A stretch of DNA of 64,000 bases, taken from the NCBI GenBank assembly GCA_965211995.1, contig OZ243040.1, positions 1,031,620 through 1,095,619 on the forward strand. The letters are read 5' to 3'. The notes beneath the pieces were generated by a model, which was not told the DNA's origin, made no database searches, and worked only from the letters and a program-made list of their open reading frames with translations. Below, piece by piece: positions 41,831 through 51,711 of the stretch (position 1 is the stretch's first letter; every line of letters starts with the position of its first letter). The stretch is from Candidatus Oxydemutatoraceae bacterium (lineage in GTDB: Bacteria; Pseudomonadota; Gammaproteobacteria; Poriferisulfidales; Oxydemutatoraceae). Made by a program: the position numbers and the translations under genes.

Positions 41831-42958
41831 TACACCGGCGCGGCGCTGCTGGCGACACTGGCGCTGTACGCGCGTCAAACGATGATCGTCGCCTACATCG
41901 TGGTCGGCATGCTGCTCGGCCCGGTCGGCGCCGGACTGATCGAGGACGCCGACCAGGTCAGGGAAATGTCGGAGATCGGCATCATGTTCCTGCTGTTTCT
42001 GTTGGGGCTCGATCTGTCGCCGGTCAAACTGATGAAATTGCTGCGCTCGATGACGCTGATCACCGGCGCCAGTTCGCTGCTGTTCGGCGCTCTCGGCGTC
42101 GTGTTCGGCCTGCTGTGGGGAGCCGCCGTGAACGATGCGCTGGTCCTCGGCGCGGCGCTGATGTTTTCGAGCACGATCATCGGCCTGAAACTGTTGCCGA
42201 CAACCGTCCTCCACCACAAGCCCACCGGCGAGACCATCATCAGCATTCTGCTGTTGCAGGACGCGCTCGCGATCCTGGTGCTGCTCGGGATCCGCCTCGC
42301 CGGCGAAGACCTGTCGCGGGCCGCCGCCGCCGTGCCGCTGCTCGCATTGCCGCTGCTTGCCGGCGGCGTCTATCTGGTGCAGAAACACGTGATCAGCCGC
42401 TGGTTTGAAAAATTCGACACCATCCGCGAATACCTGCTGCTGCTCGCGATCGGCTGGAGCGTCGGCGTCGCCGAACTCGCGGAATTCGTCGGCCTGTCGC
42501 GCGAGATCGGCGCCTTCATCGCCGGCATCACGCTCGCCGCCAACCCGATCGCCCTGTACATCGCGGAATCGCTCAAGCCGATCCGCGACTTCTTTTTGAT
42601 CATCTTCTTCTTCTCCTTAGGCGCGAGCGTGGACCTCGACGTGATGATCGAGGTCGCGGTCCCCGCGCTGATCCTCGCGGCGCTGATCCTTACGCTCAAG
42701 CCTGCAACGTTCAACTTTCTGCTGCGGAGATCGGGCGAAGAGCGGCAGCGCTCGCTCGAAACCGGCGTGCGCCTCGGCCAGGGCAGCGAGTTCTCGCTGC
42801 TGATCGCGGCGCTCGCGGTCAACGTCGGCGTGATCTCACTCACAACCGCGACGCTGATCCAGACCGTCGTGCTGCTGACCTTCCTGATCTCGCCCTACCT
42901 GATTGTGATGCGCTACCCGACGCCAATCGGGCTGACCGAGAAACTGCGCCGCGATTAA
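41768..42958 (+). CDS. CPA2-family cation:proton antiporter (KefB/NapA-like)
   Basis: 12 TM segments with the Na_H_exchanger fold (IVAYIVVGMLLGPVGAGLIEDADQVREMSEIGIMFLLFLLGLDL). Start chosen at Met 41768; the track ORF starts 19 codons upstream, inside the repeat. Confidence 0.75.
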   Translation: MFETPVTALPGGHFGTDIFLIYTGAALLATLALYARQTMIVAYIVVGMLLGPVGAGLIEDADQVREMSEIGIMFLLFLLGLDLSPVKLMKLLRSMTLITGASSLLFGALGVVFGLLWGAAVNDALVLGAALMFSSTIIGLKLLPTTVLHHKPTGETIISILLLQDALAILVLLGIRLAGEDLSRAAAAVPLLALPLLAGGVYLVQKHVISRWFEKFDTIREYLLLLAIGWSVGVAELAEFVGLSREIGAFIAGITLAANPIALYIAESLKPIRDFFLIIFFFSLGASVDLDVMIEVAVPALILAALILTLKPATFNFLLRRSGEERQRSLETGVRLGQGSEFSLLIAALAVNVGVISLTTATLIQTVVLLTFLISPYLIVMRYPTPIGLTEKLRRD

Positions 42959-43114
42959 CACCGCCGCCGCCCCCGCGTCGCCCGCCTGAATCAAGGCCGC
43001 AGCGAAGCGAGCCGGAAGGGAAAAGCCGGAAGATCAATCCGCGGATTTTGCAAATGAACGCAACTCGGGAGCGTGGCAAAACCGGGCGGCGCGGCGGAGT
43101 CGCCGGATCCACAA

Positions 43115-43345
43115 GCCTGAAGTGCGGCGTTGACCCGTCATCCTCCGGCGTCCGCCGCGTCGCCCTGCATTTCCCCCCCTGCCCGGTTGCGGGCGGCGGC
43201 GACACGCCGGCCCTGTTGGCGCCCGCCCGCGTCGTCTTTTGTCTTTCTCCCCGCCGGTCGGGCTGCACCCGGCCGACTCCCCCTTGAGGGTGGATGATTT
43301 TCAACGGCCTGCTCTGCTTCCTTTGCCGCACTTCGGACTGAAAGT
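43115..43345. repeat. MITE-like element copy (longest copy; perfect TIRs ctgaagtgcggcg / cgccgcacttcgg)
   Basis: About 230 bp, between the antiporter and the adhesin gene. Confidence 0.6.
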
Positions 43346-43394
43346 CGGCGCATCCCCGCTGAGCGCAGCAAACCTTACCCGCCTGCGTCATCTG

Positions 43395-43625
43395 CGAATC
43401 ATTTCAGACTGTTTCATCTCCGCTTTAACCGCGGCTTTATCTGAGGGTCATTGCACCCCGTTTCATCTCTGCCTTAACCAATCGCCTTATCTGCGGGGCA
43501 TTGCGCCCCGTTTCGTCTCCGCCTTAACCAATCGCCTTATCTGCGGGGCATTGCGCCCCGTTTCGTCTCCGCCTTAACCCATCGCCGCATCTGCGGAAAT
43601 CCGCGTCATCCGTGGATCATTACAA
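43395..43625. repeat. Roughly 58-bp tandem repeat, 4 copies
   Basis: The unit is gtttc(a/g)tctc(c/t)gcc/tttaacc.atcgcc.tatctgcggggcattgcgcccc. The last copy degenerates into the palindrome gcggaaatccgc. Confidence 0.65.
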
Positions 43626-43752
43626 ACCGTTTTGGCTGCGCTCGAACGAGCGGCTTTATCTGCGCGACCCGGCGTCGTCCGCCCGCTTCACGGATAGAGA
43701 AATTAAACCGCGAAAGTGCGCAGAAGCGCCGGAGTCAGTCAGGAAACAGTAT

Positions 43753-46700
43753 CTAACCCGTGGTTAGACAACGACGGAGAGCCGTGCGCCGGCGATTGGC
43801 GCCGGAAACCAGAAAACCCATTGCCAGTATCAGCAGCCAGCCCCACTCCATTGCGCCGCCGCCGCCACCGCCGCCACCGGTGCTACCGCCACCGCCACCG
43901 CCACCGCCGCCGCCACTGCCGCCGCTCAGCGCGCTGGGGTCATGAATCACCCCGTTTCTCAATCTGTCCGCGTCATTGATGCGGCCGTCCTGGATCTCCA
44001 CCAGCAGGCACTCGTCCCCCACGTTCATGCCGGAGTCACTCGCCCGGCGCCAGATGCCGGGAAGCGACTCCCTGTCATCTCTCCGCTGCGCGTTAAGTCC
44101 GGGGCACGGCGCCGGCGCGCCGTAGTAATCATCTAACGGCGCTATCGCCCCGGTCGTGAATCGGCCGTTCCAGCCGTCTTCACCGGTGTACTTGCGCAGA
44201 CGTGCGCCGGCGAACTCCACCGCGCGCGCCAGCGGGATCACCACGCTTGCCAGGCCGCCGTTCCCTACCCCGCTCACGTGGAAATCAAACACCCCGGTCT
44301 CCGCGTAGCGCGGCGGCGTGCTGACCCCTCCGGTCGCGGCATCTACAGGCGTACTGCCGTCCGGGATCTGCGCCGACTCAGGCGCGACCTGCATCGCCGC
44401 CAAGGCATAGCCGCCGTACCCGACCCGAGGATCTCCCGTGCCGGATATCTCCAGAAACGCATTATCCCTTACCCGCAGCCGCCGAGTGCCTTCGCCAAGA
44501 TCCGGGTCGGGGCTCATCACGGGACCGAAACCAAACAAGACGTTGCCTCTCAATTGGATCCCGCACGCCAGAGAAATTCCGAGGTCCGGGTTGTCAGGGT
44601 CTATACCAAAAGTAGCGGGCACGGTTAATTCCAAGTCCAATCTCATCGCCGGCGAAAAATCCCCAAGTAGGATATTTCCATCAGACGGGAAAGTAACACT
44701 AGCCGTTCCCGTTTCCGTTGTTATCGTTATTTCAGGACTTCCGACGAAATTCTCATCCAGCCTCATGCCGTTAAAGGATACCTCCGCGGTGACGCGCTGC
44801 ACGCCGCTGCCGCGATTGGTAATGTCGGCCCCCATCATAATCACGGTCGCACCGGTATTCGCGTCAAGTGTGGCTTCGCATTGGTCAATGTTCACCGTGA
44901 AGAGCGAGGTGACATCAATATTCCTGGGGGGATCATCACCTTCGTCGATCTCATTATCGGCAACCACCGACACGAGCAGTCTTCCTGGTTCTATTTCATC
45001 CTCGCCGCTTGGGACGATGCCCCGGATCAGCACCTCGATCAAATCGCCCACCCGAATGTCGCTAACATCCAGGAAACTCACCCCCACCGCCGTTGCCGTC
45101 CCGGCGGTCGCAGGCACCGTCGCCATTCCCGGCACGCCATTGACCGTCAGCGGCGTCGTTGACACGCGGTTGCGCAGCATCGCCGTCACCTGATAGTGGA
45201 GGATGGTTTCCTCTGTGGGCCCAATCGTGAACACAAAACCCCCGCTCCCGATCGCCACCCGGGTCAAATCGGGAGGATCCGCAAAGAGCAGGACGCGGTC
45301 GGAAGAGGGCGGCGGCTCGTCCTCGACCTCGACCTCGACGTTGCCTGTTGTGACCCGCTGCGCGAGGGGAAGACCGGGCGGCACCCGACTCACCAACTCC
45401 ATGAACGGCGTGAAATCGGCAATGCGCAGCGACAGATCTGCCGTCCCCAACGTGACCTCGGCGGTCATGCGGGTGGCGGCCTGGGTCAGCGTGAGCGTAA
45501 CGGGCGGCGTGACGCCGGTAACCTCCACTTCCAACGTGAATTCGAACGACGACTCGTCCAGAATATCCTGCGACACGGCCACCGACACCGGCACCATCAC
45601 CTGCGCATTGGCGTTGGTCACCGAGTTCACCTCAAACCCCACCAGCGGCTGAACGTAGAAAATCTGTGTCCGCATCGTCAGTTCGCCGTTTACATCGGTG
45701 GCGACCCACAGCACCGACCTCAAAAACGAACCCAAATCAATAGAGCGATCATCCGCATCTCCATTGGGCCCCACCCTCGTGCAGTGTTCGTCGAGTGTTT
45801 CCAGCACTCGCACCGGCGCCGGCCCGGCAATCCTGTCCAACTCCATCCTGCACTCATCCGTGTACTCATAGGCGCGCAATTCCACGCAGCGGTCGCAACT
45901 CGTCTCCGGCACCGGTATCCGGGACGTCCGCCCCGGGCGGATAAAGATCGTTTCGCCACGGACCAACGTCCCCCCTCCCACCGTGTCAACCGTGATCACC
46001 GCTTCCGAGGCGCTCACCCTGAGTTGGAACGTCCGCATCACCGTTGAGGTCTCGCCGTCGTACGCCGAGATCGTCACCGTGTAGCCTCCCAGATCCGCGT
46101 CGTTATCCACCGTGCCGCTGACCGCGCCCGTCGCTATGCCCGTCGTCCCGTCCATCTTTGGATCGTAGGTGAGGCCGGCGGGCAGGCCGGTCACGGTCAC
46201 AGTCACCGCGTTGTTGTCCGTCGCCACGACTCGAAACGGCGTGATCGTCTGACCGCGGGAGTAGAACCTGTATCCCGGAGGCCTGTCGGCCGGGGGCATC
46301 GTAATCACCGGCGGCACACCGTTCACTCTCATTGTGAACGTCGCCACCACCGGATCGTTCACGCCGTCGTTCGCCGTGACCGTCACCAGGTAGTCCCCTG
46401 CGGCCGCGTCGTTATCCACCGTGCCGCTGACCATGCCCGTTGCCAAGTCGTAATTGAGGCCGGCGGGCAAACCGGCTACGTCCGCCGTCACCGCGTCGTT
46501 GTCCGTCACCGTGACCGGAAACGCCGTGATCGGCTGCGCCTGAGTGGTTTCTACAATGTTTTCCGGGACCGTGATCACCGGCGCCCTGTTGGTTATCGTC
46601 ATCGTGAACTGCACCTGAACCTCTGGATTCACTTGGTCGTTCACTGAGATCACCACCGTGTAGTCCTGCTCCCTGACTGTGTCGGACGCCACTGTGCCGC

Positions 46701-49098
46701 TGATTATGTCCGTCCTTGGGGTGTAGATGAGGCCGGAAGGCAGGGGGGCCACCCTCTTTCTCGCATCCGTGCCGGTGTTTGTAATCGTCAACTGCAACAC
46801 GACTGTCTCGCCCTGATCGTATTCCTGGTCCCCCGGGTGGGTGATATCCGGCGGCGCATCAATCAACGTTATGGTGAACTCCGCCATCGCGCTCTCCCCC
46901 ATCTCATCGGTCGCCGTGACCACCACCGTGGTGACCCCTATGGGCGCGTTGGGTCTCACCGTGCCGCTTACCACTATCATGCCCATGCCGTCGTTGTTGA
47001 TGGTTAGTGGTTGATCGTTGTCTGGTGTTGCGCTAAGGCCGTTGCTCGGCAAGCCGCCCACGTCCACCGTCACCACTCCGCTATCAATCACTTCGATATT
47101 GAACGGCTCAATTCTCTGGCTTTGCTTGTAAATCCTGTTCCCCGGCTCGGTGATGGTAATATCCGGCGGCGCATTCGTTATTTCTATATCAAACGCCTCC
47201 TCCGTCACCGGACTGTTCACGCCGTCGTTCGCCATGATCCTCACTGAGTAGATCTGCACCGGCGCGTTGCGCGCCACTGTGCCGCCGACATTGCCCGTCT
47301 CCGCATTGTAGTTGAGGCCGTTGGGCAAGTTGGTTACCGTCACCGTCAGCGGGTCGCCGTCATCCGTCACCGTGATCTGAAACGGCTCAATCATCTGCCC
47401 CTGGGTGAATACAAAGCCCCCCGGGCCAGTAATTTCCGGCGGCGCATTCGCCTCCACTGTCATCAGAAACGTGCTTGCCACCGCACCCTCTTCGTCTGTC
47501 GCCATAACCATCACTATGTAATCTCCCACCCGCGCGTTGTCATTCACCGTGCCGCTTATTTCCGCTCTGCCGCCGGTCAGCAGTGCAGGGTCACCTGGCG
47601 AAACCGGAACTTCAGTTGCGACGAGGCCGACGGGCAGGCTGCCGGCGTCCACGGTCACGCTGACCGGGTCGGTATCGTCCGCATGAATCACGAACGGCGT
47701 AATGTCCCGGCCCTGAGTCACACTTCTGCCATTTATCTGGTCCAGGTTGGTGAACACCGGCGGCACATTGGTCACCGTCATTTGGAATGTTGCCGTCGGC
47801 GAGTTCGCGCCGTCGTTCGCCGTCACCGTCACCGTGTAGTCCCCTGCCTGCGCGTTGCGCGCCACCCTGCCTGTCACTTCGACTGTTGCTTCACTGCCAC
47901 CGGGCGGCTGTCCGCTATTGAAACGGAATACCGGTTCGTCGAGGCCATCGGGCAGACCGTCCACCGTCACCGTCAGCAGGTCGCCGGCTATGTCCGTTAC
48001 CGTGATCGTGATCGACGGGAGGATCTCCTGCCCCTGGGTGAATTCTAAAATCTCCGTCGGGACCGTGATCACCGGCAGCGCGTTGAGCACCCTGAGGTCG
48101 AACATCACCGTCGGCGTGCTCACGCCGTCGCCCGCCGTGATTATCGCCGTGTAGGCCCTCACTTCCGCGTTGTTCTCCACCGTGCCGCCCACGCTCTCCG
48201 CCTCCGGATCATACTCAAGGCCGGCAGGCAGGTCGTCCACCGTCACCATCAGCAAGTCATCGGCTATGTCCGTCACCACGATCGGGATCGGCGGGGAAAC
48301 CGTCTCGCCCTGGGTGAATACGAAGTCCCCCGGGTCAGTAATTTCCGGCGGCGCATCGTTCACCGTCATCTGGAACGTTGCCGTCGGCGTGCTCGCGCCA
48401 TCGCCCGCCGCAATCGTCACCGTATAAGTCCCCGCTTCCGCGTTGTTCGCCACCTGGTCATCAATCGTGACCTCGACTGTGACCACGGCCACAGCCGGGG
48501 CGCCGGCCGTGCTTGTCTCCAGGCTGTGGCTGAGGCCGTCGGGCAGACCGACCACCGTCACCGTTGGTAAGTCGTTGCCAATGTCCGTCACCTGAACCGT
48601 GATCGGCGGGAAAACCGTCTCGCCCTGGGTGAACGTGAAAGTCTCCGCCGGGACAGGAATCACCGGCGGCGCATTGAGCACCGCTATGTCAAACGTTACT
48701 GGCTGGAACTCCTGCGTGCTCCCGCCCTGCTCCTCGCTCAGCCGAAAAGTCGCACTAATCGTCGTCATGTAGGTCATCGCTTCCACGTTGTTCGCCACCG
48801 TGCCGACCAATCCTTCCGTCGCCGAGTCATACTCAAGACCGGCAGGCAGACCGGTCACAGACACCATCACATTGCTAATGCCCAGCACTAGAGCGCCGTC
48901 ACTGTCGCGCACCCCCGTTAACACAATCGGGACCGGGAGAATCGTCTGGCCTTGGGTGAACACCTGGTTCCCCGGAGGAGTGATCGCGGGGCCGGGGAAT
49001 GCTTGGGCGGCGGCAAAATCAGCCTGCAACAACAAGCCGAGCGCCAAGACCGCGAAGCCGCCCGGAAATATCAGCGATAAAAGCCGCGACCGTCTCAT
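43753..49098 (-). CDS. Giant secreted adhesin-like protein (1781 aa) with 11-12 Ig-like (cadherin/He_PIG-type) repeats and a GlyGly-CTERM-like C-terminal sorting signal
   Basis: Signal peptide MRRSRLLSLIFPGGFAVLALGLLLQADFAAAQA. Repeats of about 95 aa follow (APPxIT.PG.FVFTQGETV.P..I.VTD...DLLTVTV.GLP.GLEYD....VGGTV.NNA..G.YTV.ITA.DG...PTATF.MTV.N), then a roughly 700-aa non-repetitive region. The C-terminus is SGGSGGGGGGGGGGSTGGGGGGGGAMEWGWLLILAMGFLVSGANRRRTALRR (Gly run, TM helix, Arg cluster). Confidence 0.8.
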   Translation of the reverse strand: MRRSRLLSLIFPGGFAVLALGLLLQADFAAAQAFPGPAITPPGNQVFTQGQTILPVPIVLTGVRDSDGALVLGISNVMVSVTGLPAGLEYDSATEGLVGTVANNVEAMTYMTTISATFRLSEEQGGSTQEFQPVTFDIAVLNAPPVIPVPAETFTFTQGETVFPPITVQVTDIGNDLPTVTVVGLPDGLSHSLETSTAGAPAVAVVTVEVTIDDQVANNAEAGTYTVTIAAGDGASTPTATFQMTVNDAPPEITDPGDFVFTQGETVSPPIPIVVTDIADDLLMVTVDDLPAGLEYDPEAESVGGTVENNAEVRAYTAIITAGDGVSTPTVMFDLRVLNALPVITVPTEILEFTQGQEILPSITITVTDIAGDLLTVTVDGLPDGLDEPVFRFNSGQPPGGSEATVEVTGRVARNAQAGDYTVTVTANDGANSPTATFQMTVTNVPPVFTNLDQINGRSVTQGRDITPFVIHADDTDPVSVTVDAGSLPVGLVATEVPVSPGDPALLTGGRAEISGTVNDNARVGDYIVMVMATDEEGAVASTFLMTVEANAPPEITGPGGFVFTQGQMIEPFQITVTDDGDPLTVTVTNLPNGLNYNAETGNVGGTVARNAPVQIYSVRIMANDGVNSPVTEEAFDIEITNAPPDITITEPGNRIYKQSQRIEPFNIEVIDSGVVTVDVGGLPSNGLSATPDNDQPLTINNDGMGMIVVSGTVRPNAPIGVTTVVVTATDEMGESAMAEFTITLIDAPPDITHPGDQEYDQGETVVLQLTITNTGTDARKRVAPLPSGLIYTPRTDIISGTVASDTVREQDYTVVISVNDQVNPEVQVQFTMTITNRAPVITVPENIVETTQAQPITAFPVTVTDNDAVTADVAGLPAGLNYDLATGMVSGTVDNDAAAGDYLVTVTANDGVNDPVVATFTMRVNGVPPVITMPPADRPPGYRFYSRGQTITPFRVVATDNNAVTVTVTGLPAGLTYDPKMDGTTGIATGAVSGTVDNDADLGGYTVTISAYDGETSTVMRTFQLRVSASEAVITVDTVGGGTLVRGETIFIRPGRTSRIPVPETSCDRCVELRAYEYTDECRMELDRIAGPAPVRVLETLDEHCTRVGPNGDADDRSIDLGSFLRSVLWVATDVNGELTMRTQIFYVQPLVGFEVNSVTNANAQVMVPVSVAVSQDILDESSFEFTLEVEVTGVTPPVTLTLTQAATRMTAEVTLGTADLSLRIADFTPFMELVSRVPPGLPLAQRVTTGNVEVEVEDEPPPSSDRVLLFADPPDLTRVAIGSGGFVFTIGPTEETILHYQVTAMLRNRVSTTPLTVNGVPGMATVPATAGTATAVGVSFLDVSDIRVGDLIEVLIRGIVPSGEDEIEPGRLLVSVVADNEIDEGDDPPRNIDVTSLFTVNIDQCEATLDANTGATVIMMGADITNRGSGVQRVTAEVSFNGMRLDENFVGSPEITITTETGTASVTFPSDGNILLGDFSPAMRLDLELTVPATFGIDPDNPDLGISLACGIQLRGNVLFGFGPVMSPDPDLGEGTRRLRVRDNAFLEISGTGDPRVGYGGYALAAMQVAPESAQIPDGSTPVDAATGGVSTPPRYAETGVFDFHVSGVGNGGLASVVIPLARAVEFAGARLRKYTGEDGWNGRFTTGAIAPLDDYYGAPAPCPGLNAQRRDDRESLPGIWRRASDSGMNVGDECLLVEIQDGRINDADRLRNGVIHDPSALSGGSGGGGGGGGGGSTGGGGGGGGAMEWGWLLILAMGFLVSGANRRRTALRRCLTTG

Positions 49099-49461
49099 GG
49101 GACGATGGCGCGGAAACGGGTGTTAAATTGGCACATTCGGTGGTTTCGAATCCAATCTATAAGCGCGGAACTTTACGGGAAAAAACGGCTGAAAGCAATA
49201 AACGCCCTCCCCATGCCGCCATAGACCGCGAGTTATAGCGCGGAATTTTATCACAGCCTCGTCCGGGAGGGCGCGGCTTCACAGCCCCCGACGAGGCTGT
49301 GGAAACGGCGAGAGGACGCGGAAACAGTGGCTTTCGCAACCGGTCGCCCCGGTTCCTCAAGCGGACTTGAAGCGTTGCGTATTGCCGGTGTGGAAGACTC
49401 GCCGGTTTTCCACCGCGGTCGCCGCAATCACGGCGCCGCCGGTCAAAGATTTTCGGCCACA

Positions 49462-49670
49462 GGCACCGCCCTTAAAATCAAACCCGCCGGTAAAACCGTG
49501 CAATGATTCTTGCGCCGGCACGTGAAGCATTGGATTAAAATCAAACCCGCTGATACATCTTCGCAACGATTCTTTCGTTAGCGCGTGAAACACTTGCTCA
49601 AAATCAAAACCGCCGGTAACACTTCGCAACAGCGATCCCCGCTTATTCGCAACGCCCGAAAATCAGGGGC
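49462..49670. repeat. Roughly 63-bp tandem repeat, about 3.5 copies, upstream of the adhesin gene
   Basis: The unit starts aaaatcaaa(a/c)ccgc(c/t)g(g/a)ta.....tt.gcaa.g.ttc. Track ORF 49357..49629 shows the resulting repeated GGFDF peptide, which is spurious. Confidence 0.6.
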
Positions 49671-50106
49671 CGGACAAAGATTTGAGCAGCCCCAGACAGG
49701 CGTCTTCGACAAAGTCCAGCACCGTGTCGTATCCGCGCCCCCCGTCCGTGAACAGCACCTCCTCCGCGTCGAACGCGCGTGAGTATTCCATCAGCAGGCC
49801 GGCGCGCGCGCCCTGCGCCCGCACGCACAGCAAGTTGTCCTTGTCGGCGGCGAGAATCAGATCAAACCGCGCGGCGGCGGTGAACGGACACGAGCGCAGT
49901 CCCGACAGGTCATAGCCGCGCAACGCCGCCGTCGCGCACATCTTCGGGTCCGGCAGGCAACCCGGCAATGCGTGCGTGCCCGCCGAAGCCACTCGCATCG
50001 CAAGCCCCGCGTTCTCGCTCAGATAACGAAACACCGCCTCGGCCGCAATCGAGCGGCAGATATTCTGCGAGCAGACGAACAACACGGATCGAGCGGACTT
50101 AAACAT
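49663..50106 (-). CDS. Low-molecular-weight protein-tyrosine phosphatase (or arsenate-reductase-like LMW-PTP)
   Basis: MFKSARSVLFVCSQNICRS is the CX5R P-loop. 147 aa from Met 50106; the 227 N-terminal codons of the track ORF are antisense to epmA and spurious. Confidence 0.8.
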   Translation of the reverse strand: MFKSARSVLFVCSQNICRSIAAEAVFRYLSENAGLAMRVASAGTHALPGCLPDPKMCATAALRGYDLSGLRSCPFTAAARFDLILAADKDNLLCVRAQGARAGLLMEYSRAFDAEEVLFTDGGRGYDTVLDFVEDACLGLLKSLSGP

Positions 50107-50195
50107 CGGCCCAGTCGAAGCGGCAGAGACTCTGCGGACAAACGAACAACACGGATCGGGTGGACTCAGGCATCGGCCCAGTCGAAAGCAAGTGT
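50075..50195. repeat. Roughly 65-bp direct duplication of the epmA stop / PTP start junction
   Basis: acgaacaacacggatcg(a/g)g(c/t)ggact(t/c)a(a/g)(a/g)catcggcccagtcgaa appears twice. One copy keeps the epmA TGA and the other keeps the PTP ATG. Confidence 0.65.
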
Positions 50196-51074
50196 CGCAG
50201 CGACGCTGTCGGCGCCGGCGATGCACATCAGCGCGCGGTCCACGCCGAGCGACGCGCCGGCGCAGTCCGGCAGGCCTCGCTCGAATGCATTGAGCAGGGC
50301 CTCGCTGACGACGCGCCTGGGTTTGCCGGCCTCGCCGCGGCGGTCGTTGTCGGCCGAGAAGCGGCGGCGGCACTCGGCGGCGTCGGTTAATTCGGTGTAG
50401 CCGTTGACCAACTCGACCGCGCCGAGATAGACCTCGAAACGCTCGGCGACGCCCTGCGTGACGCGCGCGAGCAACGCCTGATCGGGCGGGTAGCCGCTGA
50501 CGAAAGTCAGCCGGTCGCCGGGGAAGCGCGTGCGCGCGACCGTATCCATCAGAAAATCCAGCGCGGCGGCGCGGTCGCGACAAGTGCCGAAGCCGTGCTC
50601 GCGCGCCTGCGCGATGCAGACGTCGGCGCCGGCCCGCCACGGGTCGAGCCCGAGCGCGTCGGCGAACACCTCGCGCAACGCAACGAAGTCGGAGCCGGGC
50701 AGCGGACGGCGCAGGCCGAACAAACGGTGCAGCAACTCGTCGGTCTCCCCGGTCAAGCGGCGGCAGTCCCAGCCGCAGCGGTACCATTCGAGCATCGTGA
50801 ACTCCGGGTTGTGCAAAGCGCCGACTTCGTGCGCGCGGAAAACCTTGCCGATCTGATAGATGTCGCCGCTGCCCGCGACGAGCAGGCGCTTCATCGCGAA
50901 CTCGGGCGAGGCGCGCAGGTAGCGGCCGTCCGCCGCGATCAATTCAACGTGCGGGTCGCTCGCGGGCGCCGACTCGAGGCACGGGGTCTCGACCTCAAGC
51001 ACGCCGCGGCGGTGGAAGAACTCCCGAATCGCCGCGAGCGCCGCGGCGCGCAACCGGAGAGATGACGATGCCAC
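50166..51074 (-). CDS. epmA: EF-P--(R)-beta-lysine ligase (PoxA/GenX/YjeA, class II lysyl-tRNA-synthetase paralogue)
   Basis: 302 aa with the class-II aaRS core motifs (FRAHEVGALHNPEFTMLEWY..., GYTELTDAAE...). Confidence 0.85.
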   Translation of the reverse strand: MASSSLRLRAAALAAIREFFHRRGVLEVETPCLESAPASDPHVELIAADGRYLRASPEFAMKRLLVAGSGDIYQIGKVFRAHEVGALHNPEFTMLEWYRCGWDCRRLTGETDELLHRLFGLRRPLPGSDFVALREVFADALGLDPWRAGADVCIAQAREHGFGTCRDRAAALDFLMDTVARTRFPGDRLTFVSGYPPDQALLARVTQGVAERFEVYLGAVELVNGYTELTDAAECRRRFSADNDRRGEAGKPRRVVSEALLNAFERGLPDCAGASLGVDRALMCIAGADSVAATLAFDWADA

Positions 51075-51088
51075 CGGCGTCCCCCCGC

Positions 51089-51655
51089 CTACTTCACTCT
51101 GCCGATGTACTCCCCGGTGCGCGTCTTGATGCGGAGGGTTTCGCCTTGCTCGATGAACAACGGCACTTTTACGGTCGCGCCGGTTTCGAGCAGCGCCTGC
51201 TTGGTACCGCCGGTTGCGGTGTCGCCGCGCACGCCGGGGTCGGTTTCGGCGACCTTGAGTTCGACAACGTGCGGCGGCTCAACCGCGATCGGCGCGCCGT
51301 TGTAGAGCACCGCGACGCACTTGTCCTGTTCCTTGAGCCAGTAGCGGGCGTCGCCGACAACACTCGCGGGCGCGGCGTGCTGGTCGTAGGTCGCGGGGTT
51401 CATGAAGTGCCACTCACCGCCGTCGTTGTACAGATACTGCAATTCAAGTTCCATCACGTCGGCGGCCGCGACGCTCTCACCCGACTTGTAAGTGCGGTCA
51501 ACCACGCGCTGCGTCAGCAGGTTCCTGAGCTTGACGCGGTTGAACGCCTGCCCCTTGCCCGGCTTTACGAACTCGTTCTCGAGGATTGCGTGCGGTTCTC
51601 CATCCACGATGATCTTGAGACCGCCTTTGAATTCATTGGTGCTATAGTCCGGCAT
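51089..51655 (-). CDS. efp: Elongation factor P
   Basis: 188 aa, with the modified-lysine loop VKPGKGQAFNRVK, and three OB/KOW domains. Confidence 0.92.
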   Translation of the reverse strand: MPDYSTNEFKGGLKIIVDGEPHAILENEFVKPGKGQAFNRVKLRNLLTQRVVDRTYKSGESVAAADVMELELQYLYNDGGEWHFMNPATYDQHAAPASVVGDARYWLKEQDKCVAVLYNGAPIAVEPPHVVELKVAETDPGVRGDTATGGTKQALLETGATVKVPLFIEQGETLRIKTRTGEYIGRVK

Positions 51656-51711
51656 CGCGCCCCGCCCCGCGGAAAATCGGTCGGCCCGGTTGGGAACCGC
51701 GCATACTACAC

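Noticed and set aside
49663-50787. 374-aa track ORF treated as a single protein
   Set aside because: Only the last 147 codons (from Met 50106) form the LMW-PTP. The N-terminal 227 codons are antisense to epmA.
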